From assembly GCA_051362555.1 (NCBI GenBank), contig CM120648.1, positions 15,806,587 through 15,870,586 on the forward strand: DNA of 64,000 bases, in the 5' to 3' direction. Source of the DNA: Lingula anatina (Eukaryota > Animalia > Brachiopoda). This document shows positions 53,145-64,000 of the stretch, one piece after another. The position numbers were made by a program, and so were the translations under genes. Numbering within the stretch: position 1 is the stretch's first letter; every line of letters begins with the position of its first letter. The notes under the pieces are model-generated. The model searched no databases. It saw only the letters and a list, made by a program, of their open reading frames with translations, and was not told where the DNA came from.

Positions 53145-53951
53145 TTAATATTTAATATATTTTTCGGTCCTGCTATTACTTTCCCAGCGTCTGAGGCTAG
53201 CAAATGTTGCTAAGGAAACGAGAGCCAGAGCAAGAATTCCACACACTACGTATATTTTGACTGCCATGCAGACGATCCCAGAGAACCCGAATATGAAAGT
53301 GTTGGCAATGAACAAAGACCCTCGAAGAATCACGAAGGTCGGCCATTTCTCGTCAGAAAACACGTGGCCGACGTATGCTGTAAAATAAAAATGAAACATT
53401 GACTCTTTGGAATAAGACGGCGATATCCGATTAAAAATATAATTGTCTATCTGTACCATTTTGAACGTGTAACAAAAATATACGGTCGGTTGGACTATTA
53501 CTGCAAAATGTATAATGAATAAATAAAAGTGAACAAAAATAACAAGATTTATAGAAGAATATGCATAAATTAAACAGATAGATAAACAAATGAATGAATG
53601 AACTGGTTGAAAGTTACCTAATGTTTGTACTATCCACACCGAGTCACCCAGACCCCATATAAACGGCACTATGAAGAAGAACTCAGGCGTACTCCGTGAG
53701 GCGTCAAAGAACAGCATGCTGAAGATGCAGCCGAATTCCATCCCCGCGGCCACGGCGTACAGGGGAGGCATCCCCGTGTACTTAACCAGACGGCCATTGA
53801 TGATTGCACCGATGAAATCCCCGAGAGAAAAACAGATCATGGACCAGCCATTGTACTGGATGCCTAGCTCGCAACTGACGAACGCCTGGAGAAACATTAT
53901 TTAGAATAATAATGATTAGAAAAGAAGAAGAAGAAGAGGAAGAAGAAGAAA

Positions 53952-54004
<53 letters not shown>

Positions 54005-56274
54005 CATTCCGTAATAGTATCAATTCAACTTATACACGCACAATAACTATTTTAATAGTTAAAATATTTGATCAAAGGTTAAACTACATCATTTTTACTT
54101 ACAATTTCAGAAATAAACATGTAGACGTTTTACCCCCATTACAGCTGACACTCTTAACTCGATCACAATTTTACTATTATCTACATACTGCAGATGTAGG
54201 AACTCGATCCTTTTAATGTATATTAATATTTATTAACGTTATATCGAATATAATGTCTTTCATAAAGCCAGATTATCTCTCTCTCCCTCTTTCTCTCTCT
54301 CAATCCGAAATCCTGGAACCTCCAATGAAACTACCCGCGCTAAACTTCATGCAATACGTAGTCCAATTTTCGCAAATAATTTTTCTATATAATATGAAAA
54401 GTACTGAACGAAGACGGATCCTTTACCTTTGTGTACTCCGTGCTAATAAAAACTTGCCCCACGATGTAGAATACAATGGCTGGCAAGATCAGCAACATCC
54501 TTTTCTTCCAGACTAACCTGACGACGGTGGAGAAGAATTCCTTAATGCTGTGGATATTGTCTCCGGCTGTCGGGTGCACGTTTTCTAAGAACACCAAAGT
54601 GACGATGAACGCGAACGCGCTCATACCGAGAAAGGCACCAAGTAGAATATAGACGATGCTTTGCTCGGGTTGCGTGATGTAAGTACCAGACACGTCCTCC
54701 CAAGGACAAAAGGCGGCCCCACAGAGCTCGCTCAAGTTCTCCTTGGCAACGGTGGTGTTCCCGGTCGTCTCGGACTGGTACAACACCAGGGATGAGATCA
54801 GGTTGCTCCAGACGCCACAAAGGTAGTACAGCATACAGTAGATGCCATTAAAGAGGCCCAGGATATCGTGCTGGTTCTGCCCGGTAATGGCCGAGTATTG
54901 CAAGGCTAGGTCGGTGACGAAGACCCCCGTGGTCACGATGGCCTGAGCATGCGCTGAAATGGTTAAACAACACTATGAGGTGTTAGATGAATTGTAAAGG
55001 AAACAGTCAAAATGTACAATTGCAATAATAAAAGCGTACACTTATATACTTATTTTTCCAACAGCAAAAGACTGAAGTGGCCAGGAAACAAATTCAAGTT
55101 CTACATGTACAACCTGCATTAATTATTTCGGTATTTTGTGAAGAACTGGAGTCAACTTCCGAGCGTTCAACAAACTAGTACAGACCACGAAGTGCTGAAT
55201 TATGGCTCAGCTTTATCCATGAATATTGGGACGTTGTAAGCTGTGCTATTTGATTAGTGTTTACTTGGTTTAAGGAACCGTGTGGGTGATCCGATGGCTA
55301 ATTCTATTACAATCCAAATTTAACACACGTGCTCCGAGTATTTGTTTCTTTCGGTGTGAGGGGGAGAGAGAGAGAAAATGCCTGACTGTCTGTCTGTCTG
55401 TCTGTCTGTCTGTCAGGGCGTTTTTTCTTACATATATCGTAAACAGGTATACTCTATGGTACTTAGATAAGTTCATAATAATTATCATTATTTCAGCCAC
55501 GTGTGTAACATGATTTATCAAATAGAACATAGTACGTTGTACACTGCATGCTTAACTGTAAAAGCAAATAAACCACATATGACCGAAGCGGTGTATTTTG
55601 TACCAGAGTGCAGTTCATTCGATAAGCTGCACAAGCTCTGCTTCTGAAAAGAGGGTTACATCGTGTGTGGTTCATGTATGTATGTATGTATGTATGTATG
55701 TATGTATGTATTTGTGGTTGTGTCTTCAGAAGCCGACAATAAGGCAGTATAAATTGCACGAAGCGCCGCCGAGCAACTAAAACCTGCACGTCCTGTATTT
55801 TGACTGATAAACGTAACCACCTTAGTCATAAAGGCAACAGCACGAAAATACACCATAAAATGAAAACAAATATTTGACAAAATATGTCTTACCTATACCG
55901 ACTATAACTGCTACGGGCATTAAAACGTATGCTTCTTCAAAGAAATGGGCGGCGATGAAAACGCCCTGTCCAAACCATCCTAACAGCACAGAACCCTTAG
56001 CGCCTATAGCTCTCGTAATAAACGGAGATGCTACGAAAATAAAGAGAGAGCCTCCATAATAACACATTAGCGCGTACAGACCAACGTCCGGGAACAAAAT
56101 CCCTTCCAAGTTCCACAAAGCTGTCAACGGGGAGTACCCGATCATGTAGATGAAGGCAAATATTATCAGCTGGCTGAAAGGTCGCCATTTGCTCTTCTTG
56201 TGTTTTTCTGGCGTTACCAGTAGTAAGGTTTTCTCGCTGTCGTCTGTCTTCTCCAAGCCGATGTCAGGCGCCAT
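53145..56274 (-). CDS. UNC93A-like: UNC93-family MFS membrane protein, copy 5 (~469 aa, intact)
   Basis: Exons 56274-55893, 54953-54427, 53885-53618 and 53377-53145; GT-AG boundaries, phases 1,0,1; motifs VWSNLISSLVL, LCGAAFCP, EYTK-AFVSCELG, GLGDSVW. Confidence 0.9.
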
Positions 56275-56421
56275 GTTGTAGACTTTTCTTCAATGAGTAA
56301 CTTATTTAGAAAGCGTCAGGTGGTGATATACGTAGATGTGATCTTATATCTCACAAGACAAGGATCAAGTCGTTCGGTTAATGGGGCGACGCATTTATTA
56401 GATAAACACCGTCTTCCTTTA

Positions 56422-56546
56422 TGCCCCTATTTCACACAGACCACGAATCCCACGAATCGCCAGGAATTAACAAATTTCAGGATTCGTGGTTGAAATGTCA
56501 ATTCCTGGCGATTCGTGGGATTCGTGGTCTGTGTGAAATAGGGGCA
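56422..56546. mobile_element. 125-bp near-perfect palindromic MITE (Harbinger-like, TTA TSD) just upstream of copy 5
   Basis: 47-bp perfect inverted repeats TGCCCCTATTTCACACAGACCACGAATCCCACGAATCGCCAGGAATT, flanked by TTA on both sides. Confidence 0.85.
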
Positions 56547-56850
56547 TTAGCCGCTGACTCATAACAAGAAAGCACAAAATGCGACAGTTTTCTATCAAGT
56601 CACGCTTGACACGCGTGTATTGGCATATATTAGTATTAGTGTAAGGGATCCTCCCTAATGAACTAACGGTAATGGATCCAACTCTGCAGGGGTTTCCGCT
56701 GAATGCAATCAGATTAAGAAAATAACACGACTCCTCCTGGCGTTGAGTACAATACAGAAAAAACTGGTGGTTATATGAGTGTGTTGTACATGTAAACAAG
56801 TGGCGGGGGCATTTCTTCAACTTGAACCACTGCAAAGTTACAGTGTCTAA

Positions 56851-57061
56851 GGGTCATTCCCATGCCCTATTGTACTAGCAGGATCGATCTATCTCCGTTT
56901 CTCATTAAATTGCATTTATTTTAAGCGTGCACGGAAGTTAATTACCTCACTAGCAGCTTCAGTGGGCGTGACAGACATTTAAGGCCCTTTAAACTGAATG
57001 CAATTCAGCGAGTATCACCTTGGAGTTCGATCCTCTTAGTGCGAAAGTTTTATGTGAACCC
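56851..57061. mobile_element. Degenerate copy of the fold-back MITE family
   Basis: TAGCAGGATCGATCTATCTCC ... TGCAATTCAGCGAGTATCACCTTGGAGTTCGATCCTCTTAG; similar to copies at 10.8, 12.9, 44.0 and 44.8 kb. Confidence 0.55.
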
Positions 57062-57206
57062 AGTTCCAAGTATCTCATCTCATGCACTCAGGACTGCTCT
57101 AAACATCATGGCAGGTAAATGGTATCAAGAAAGGTCTGATTTGTTTCTTGAGTTATTTTTCTCGAACATCAGACAACAGTTCCATGGATCAAATATGTCG
57201 ACGCAT

Positions 57207-57620
57207 TTAAAAGTTTAAGGCCACGTGTCTTGCCGCGAACTGCAATAATCTGCTGTAGGCGGAGCCGCATGCCGTCAAGAAGGACACTTTTTTCCTGTGG
57301 AAAATTGTCCCATTCGTCCAGAAATTCTTTGTGGTATTGGTCCAGATTATTAGATGTTGGAATCTTCTCTGCATTGCTAACTTCAACTCATGACGCAAGT
57401 GCTCAATAATGTTAGTATCAGCGCACAGAGAAGGTTGTTCCATCCTCAGAACATTTCGTATCTGCAAAAAAAAATCACTTAACAGACGATAATTATGAGC
57501 AAGTGTGTTGCAACGATGATGCCTCTAGTTATTTTTGTCACCTCTTCCAAATGAAGGAGTGAGATATCTGTTTGAATTGCTCAGGAAACGGTCCCAATAA
57601 CGTATTGTTCCAAAAACAAT
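57207..57620 (-). mobile_element. Highly degraded Tc1 transposase remnant (C-terminus)
   Basis: RMEQPSLCADTNIIEHLRHELKLAMQRR resembles the WPxxSPDLNxIEHLWxEL motif. Confidence 0.55.
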
Positions 57621-59232
57621 GTACCATGTACAACACACACACACACACATATATATATATATGTCAGTCATTCTTTGCTAGTGGTGCACTGCGGGGGGGG
57701 ACCATAACAAGAATGTAATTTAAATTTAGATAGCCGACCAAATTCTCATGACATCGTTGTGTATGTTTCAATAACAAATCAAAGAAGCTGCATGAGCAAG
57801 GAGGATGTTGTTATAAAAGCAAAAAAAAAAAAAAAAAAAGAGAAAAAGCAGAAAATATATCAAAATTACCCTCAAAATGGCGTCCTTTTTTGTGGAATTT
57901 TGACCCTACATCTATTTAAGAACAGTTTGTTTAGGGTTTGAATGGATTATTGAAGCAGGAAATACATCTACTGCAAGAAGATATAATAAACAGAATGTGC
58001 AAATTGTTATTTAAATAAAAATTTATTTGAAGTCACTGAAAAATGATCACAAAATTAGCTTAACTTACGATACATGCGGTGTCCCACCCCGATGAAAATT
58101 TCATCTAATCCTATCTTTGCGTATTAAAACTGTTCAATCGTCCAAAGTAGTATGTCGGTTAGTTTGTGTCACGAAGTCCATGATAATATCAGTTTTCTTA
58201 AGAATTTCACATTTATTGCTTAGCAAGGTCGATTTTTCTTCACCGCGTCCCAATGTAACGTTCGCAACGCTGAAATTTCAGAGATCGATTTTTATCAGAC
58301 GACTTTAAAATGCCGCGTGAAAATTATACATCGATAGCGATCTTCTTCCATACTCACTAACTGATGACGTCCTACACACGAATGACTTCTTTTGCACACT
58401 AAAAAAACCAGCTCAAACTGGCGGGTATCCCATTCTGATAACAAGTGATGCAGAGACGCTGTCGAGGCCCGAGCGGGGGCACGCCTTTAATTTCCTAAAT
58501 TTAACCGCCACGGGACTGCTATAAAGATCTTCCTTGTATGAAGGTGAGAAATACTGAGTTTCGTTTAATTTTTCTTCAATTGTTTCAACATATATGTGTA
58601 TTGATTAATTCTTACCATCCGATTAGTAGGGTGACTTCGACTTTCGTTTTTCGTCTGCGTCCCATGGTTCAGCAGTGACGCCTTATTCATGTTTTCTTGT
58701 TCTCGAAAACTCAGTATTATTGATATTGAATGATATTTTTTAGTTTTGTCTTAAATGAAGCTGCTACGAAGTATTCAGTGCGTTAAGAATTTAACCATCT
58801 GTAAAAAAAAAACAGCAAAAATGAATTTCTCGCGCCATTACGTAACAGGGACACATTGAAGCAGCAAAAAATGGGTGAAGAAAATGTGCCCCAGTAATGC
58901 GTGTTTGTCGCTCATAATGCACTTTACTCTGTTTGAATAAGCAACTCTGGATTATGAAGAAATGCAGTAACTGTCTATATTATTAGATATACATGTATTT
59001 AAACCAAAATACTGTGAAAAGCATTGCAATGAGCATTAATGCATGCTGAGATACGTTTGATCACTTTTTTCACAAGACACGTAAGGAAAGATTTTAAATG
59101 AATTTTATTTTTAGGTAATGCATTTTTATCTTTCATTTTTTCACTTTTAGTATGAATTTTTACAAGCCTGAAAATCTTTTCACAGGTAGTATTTTTTCAA
59201 CTCCAAGCTGAATCCATACAAGCATACTCCCA

Positions 59233-62200
59233 ATGATGGCTGAAGACAACTGTAGTTCAGGTAAGATTTCATGCTGCTTTTTTATTGTGTACATATTTCA
59301 TGCCATAGTTTTTTACTTTCTTTTCCACCAGTACCAGTCTTAAACTCTACCTTTAGCTCTCCAGTGAGGGATGTGCATAATACAGACTTGACATTTAATA
59401 TGGAATATTTCAGTTTCGAAGGTATGTCTAGGTAAAAATGCTTTCTTTTTTCAAAAAACTCCGATCTCATATAAGATTTGTGAATGGAGAAGTGTGTAGT
59501 CAGGTGTGTCGCTACCAATTAACTTACTTTCATGTCTGTTGCGCTGCTATATTATGTAATATGTAGTGATTTAATTGGGTAGTGTTCCTTTGGGCTGGTC
59601 AAAGCTTGGCTGAGGCAAAGCTTGGTTCTGTCAAAAAAGTATCCATATGTCGGCAACTACTGCATAGAAGAATTTGCAATTTTGTATGCAAGCGGTCAGT
59701 TTTGCAGTGCGTAAGATGAGCCAAGTAGTGCATTACACATTTGTTAATCTATGGCAGAATGGCGCGAAAAAGACAGATTACCAGACAGATCATAGCGCAA
59801 AACGGAACGGTCCCCGCAGTTTTATAGAGTAATGCCCAGACTGATGCACCTACACAGAGGTCATCCCCAATGTATCAAAATCTTACCTACAGGGTACAGG
59901 ACCCACTGTCTTTCGGGATACGCTGCTGCAACTAAACAAAAAACACGTAGTCCGTTCAGAACGAGGGGTAAATTGCCACCAAGTGCGTTTTTCAAAGCCT
60001 TTAGTGAACACCAAACTGGTTTTAGCAGGTAAGAACACCAAACGACCTCCGAGGCACCCACTGTAAACAGCAAAACATCGTCGTCTGTTTCTCTAATGAA
60101 TTGGGGGCTATGGCCGTTTCTGGGTAGAACACTGAAACTGCGTGGCTTTCTTTATTGAGGTCAGATTTCACCTGTACCGCCCAATTAGTCAAAACAGAGT
60201 TTACAGACATCCAGAAGAGACCTACGACGAAGCATGTGCCGGGTCTAAAGTGACAAGGGTGATTGACAGCGTCAGTATTTGGAGTGGATACCACATTGGT
60301 GCCAAAACACCAATGGTAGTCATCGACAAAAACCTGAACCAGATCAAATAAAGGAATAATCTCGGAACCACTTGACTATCTTTTGATAGGGGGCACCTTA
60401 GGAACGATTTGAGGTTGCACGGTGAGGTTGCCGGTTCACACAGAGCACTTTTATTAGCAGATAACTTACAGAACCAAGGGAATGAGCAGCTACCCTGGTC
60501 ATCAAAATTATTATTCCTGATTGAATTCTAAAAACCTACCCCAAGGAATGCCTTGCCGCTTGAGAGCGCTGCCAACAGCCAGAAGAGGCCAGGCGTAACA
60601 GCGACCATTACTGTGACTAGCAACTGACATGAGGGTCTTTTATGGAGCGTATAACTCTTTTACAGAAGATAATTTTGAAAATATGGAGATCCAAAATATC
60701 TCTTTTAATGGAAGTCGTATGACATAGAATAGGCAATGTGTTTTTGTTTGCTTCTCTGGCGAATTCCATTAATGAATTGATGTCCCAATGACATCAATGC
60801 GATAATTTCAAGTTATTAAAACACGATTTTAATCCTTATTTTCATTTATCAGTCAGCAAAATAGGAAAAAAACGATAAAAAATTACTTGGAAAAAATATT
60901 CCATATTAAATGTCAAGTCTGTATATTAATAACTGAATATTAGATAAATGCAATATCCCCAGTTTAACTTGTGTTTCATGACTGTCTATTTTTGCATTAT
61001 ATTATAATATTTATTATTCCTTTCTATGACTATTTTAGCTGAGCCTGACAAGACCCCACTCAGAGTTTCAGCCAGATTGTACAACAGAAAAAGGCGCATA
61101 TACTCAGACATTGATCGCCAAACATCAGTGGCACCATTGGCCTCAACTGGCACGAGTGATAACATTACACTTTCAAAGAGAATGCGCAGATATAGAGAGA
61201 AGTTACAGGCAGAGGGACATTATGCCAAATGCCTAGAAAAACAGAGAAAAAAGGCAAAAGAATACAGGTCTAACAGGTCTGAGGAAAAGAAAAAAGCAGA
61301 CAAGGAAAAGAATAGGCTTCGGACACAGAAATACCGCCAGAAAAAAAAAAAAGAGAAAGGAGAACCAGTAAATGCCAATCCAACTGTTAATACAAGATCT
61401 TCGTTAGCAGCAAAGCGAAAAAAAGAAAGAGAAAGAAAAAGAAAATATAGATCTGCTTTGACCCCTCAGAAGAGAGCTGCAATCAACTTGAAAAGACGCA
61501 AGAGGGTGCATACTAAAACAGATGCAGCAGTTTTGGAAACTATGTCCAAGCCAGCAAACAAAGAAAATGAATATGTAAAACCTGCCTCAACAAGGCCTGC
61601 ATCGACAGAGAATGTGAAAACTGTGGCATCAGTAAGTTTCATGAGGTTATGGTGCCTATGCTGGATAACCTGTCTGACACTCAAACAACATGGTCTGCAT
61701 GGCGGTCTGAAAAGTCTACTTACAAGAATAAGCAAGGGATGGAAGTGACAACCAACAAACAGGTGCTTGTAAAGATTGATGGCCCATTCTCGCAGCTCAT
61801 TGCTGAACTTGAAGAAGACCTGCATACTTTTGCATGGCACTTGGCAAATTATCAGTGGCAACAGAGGCAGTTTGACAAGCTGACAAGGGATGTTCCAACT
61901 GGATGGCTGGTAATGTACAGGATGGAGAGAACTTCACTTGTGCCTATCAAGATGAGGCACAGGGAGCCCACTGGAGCAGACAGCAGATCACCATCCATCC
62001 TGTTGTATGCTATTGCAGATGCCCCGATCACCCTGAGGTCACGACACAGGAGACATTTTGTTTCATCTCCAATGACCTTAAACATGACAGCCATGGGGTG
62101 CAGCACTTTCAGCAACAGGCGCTGCAGACACTCCTGGAGCGTGGAATAAACGTCACACAGATTATCCACTTCAGTGATGGATGCCCCAGCCAGTACAAGG

Positions 62201-62688
62201 GCAAAGCCAGTTTCATTGATTTGTCCTTTGCCAAAGATGACACAGGCATCCCAACAGAGAAGCACTTTTTTGGCAGCCGCCATGGCAATGGGCCATGTGA
62301 CAGAGAAATTGGAGTTGTAAAGCGTTTAGCAAGACAGGCAGTGCTTCGCAGAAAGTGCATCATTGCTACAGCCCAAGACTTATACGAGTATGGTTGCAGC
62401 AGTCTGACAAAACCAGCTGACAATTCACACTCTCACACCTGTCGTCAGTTCTTCTTTGTTCGAGAAGGTACAATTGTGAGAGACAGGCCAGATAGAACAG
62501 GAGGCAAGGGCATCCCTGGAACTAGGAAGTTGCACTGTGTCCGGGGCCACTCTCCATTTATTGTGAGCTATAAGGAGCGATCCTGCTTCTGTGAAGCATG
62601 TGTGACACTTGAAGGCGAGTGTACAAACAAGTCCTTTGTTGGAGACTGGAAAGAAGTCAGCTTGAAAGTCAACTGGAGGCAAAAATGA
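59233..62688 (+). pseudogene. Sola2-like DDD transposase gene, spliced and frameshifted
   Basis: Putative exon 59233-59260 (MMAEDNCSS, donor AG|GTAAGA) joins in phase to 61039 (EPDKTPLR..., K/R-rich region). Downstream come ACIDRECENCG, DGENFTCAYQDEAQGAHWSRQQITIHP, HFSDGCPSQYK, FFGSRHGNGPCD and IPGTRKLH, matching Sola2 motifs as I recall them. Frameshifts near 61585 and 61915; element ends not resolved (roughly 57.8-63.2 kb). Confidence 0.78.
59730..60400 (+). mobile_element. Degraded Tc1 transposase fossil inside the intron of the Sola2-like gene
   Basis: FFIEVRFHLYRPISQNRVYRHPEETYDEAC...DSVSIWSGYHIGAKTPMVVIDKNLNQIK aligns by eye with the Tc1 pattern FSDESRF...RVYR...GSVMVWG...LVxIDGNLN. 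Confidence 0.6.
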
Positions 62689-64000
62689 AAAGTGCTTGTT
62701 TTACAATATCCATAATGTTAAACCATGATAGCAAAACAATGTATATATTGTCATATTTATACATATAAGTATAAAATGAAAAGTTGAGTATGGTCTGTCA
62801 AAATTCAGATGGATCGATCTAAGTATGGGAATCCAGTCTTAAACTTAGGTTACCCATTTTTCGTTATCAGAGTAAAAAGATTCCTTGTATTGTACACCCT
62901 GGAACATTCATTAGATCAACTTTGTTCAGTGTGTGTCCCATGTAACAGAGTTACAGTAAACAAAAATATGTGCATTATTCCTCTGTGTTTGTCAATTCCA
63001 ATTTAAAAGTGTGTGAAAGTGATGTCCCTCTCATGCTTGAAGTATATGTGGTTAATAGCAAAAATAATTTTATTATTTACATGATTATAAAAAGTTTTTG
63101 TTCCCGCGTCACTATCTTTACCGTGTCAGACATATTCACAAGTTTTATCAATAATAAAATGTGGATTGAATTCTTCAAAACCAGTTTTAAAGCATTGAGA
63201 CAACACCCCCTTATGATTTAGACTAAAACTAAAACATTCCACTAGATTTTCATTAGTTTTAGTGTCAAATATACCGTATAGCTAAAAAAAAAACACGACT
63301 ATTGGTACGCGTATGATCGATAACTGATTTAATTCTCGTAAGATTACCATCCGCCCCCTTCCTTATGAATAGGTATTACTTTATTAATACAATGCAACCG
63401 TCGTGTAGCCGCATGTTAGAAGACAATGTTTGATTACGCACAGCAGTAGGAGGCCGCTACCCCTTCCCAGCAAGGAGTCAACACAGCAGCGCGTAATCCG
63501 GGGTTAATTAGGGGTTATTAGCTGTCCACTTATGATCGGTATTGTTCGTCTTGATTGCAGCACACTTCCTACTCACTATTGGTTCGACCGCTTCTTCTTT
63601 AAATGCTCTCTCAAACCTTTCCTCAGTCAGCCGAGAATGGAAACACGTTTATCTGCCGATAAACTACGTCGTTGATGTATTATTCGGCATCATTCTACAG
63701 TGGGTCATAAGGCTCTATTTATCATTTTTTTCGTCTCGCATTTTACCAGATTAAGCTGACGCTCGAAAACTAAATTTAATGAATAATTTTCTCACGTGCA
63801 CCGTATCCAGCTAATTTTACGACAATAACTACCACGGCACCTCCGCCATTTGCAATTGTAGACGAACCACGTGTTTCCAACTGATAGGCCAATACAACTA
63901 TACCAGACCCATTGTACGAGAAAAGACCGTTTATATTTAATGAATTAAAAAACATTTGAGGATTGCGATTTTCTATTGATATACTATCGATGGTATCCCT

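Noticed and set aside
61466-62682. Minus-strand ORFs over the transposase, and antisense ORFs over UNC93-like exons
   Set aside because: Antisense shadows of real coding sequence with no independent features.
57790-63215. TIR pair for the Sola2-like element (GAGGATGTTGT vs ACAACACCCCC)
   Set aside because: Only about 11 of 16 bases match and no 4-bp TSD is shared, so the boundaries are not called.

Overview
AT-rich, intron-containing animal genomic DNA with many microsatellites and DNA transposons; it looks like a marine invertebrate (lophotrochozoan-like), but the taxon cannot be fixed from the sequence. The left end holds the first four coding exons of a villin/advillin/gelsolin-family gene on the minus strand. 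The main feature is a local expansion of divergent UNC93A-like MFS membrane-protein genes, all with four coding exons: four intact copies (14.1-17.1 kb minus, 35.1-37.7 kb plus, 40.5-43.6 kb minus, 53.1-56.3 kb minus), one full-length pseudogene with several lesions (47.3-51.3 kb) and one truncated fragment (46.5-47.1 kb) at the breakpoint of a ~6.7 kb tandem duplication. An unrecognised two-exon, Cys-rich type I membrane protein gene (20.2-22.5 kb) lies head-to-head with the first UNC93-like gene. Mobile DNA includes a full-length decayed Tc1 element and its deletion derivative, a 5.6 kb TAA-flanked Zator/Harbinger-like element carrying a ~40-bp satellite, several Harbinger-like MITEs, a probable solo LTR, two Tc1 fossils and a spliced but frameshifted Sola2-like transposase. 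No rRNA, tRNA or CRISPR array is supported. All coordinates and family assignments were made by eye, without database searches.
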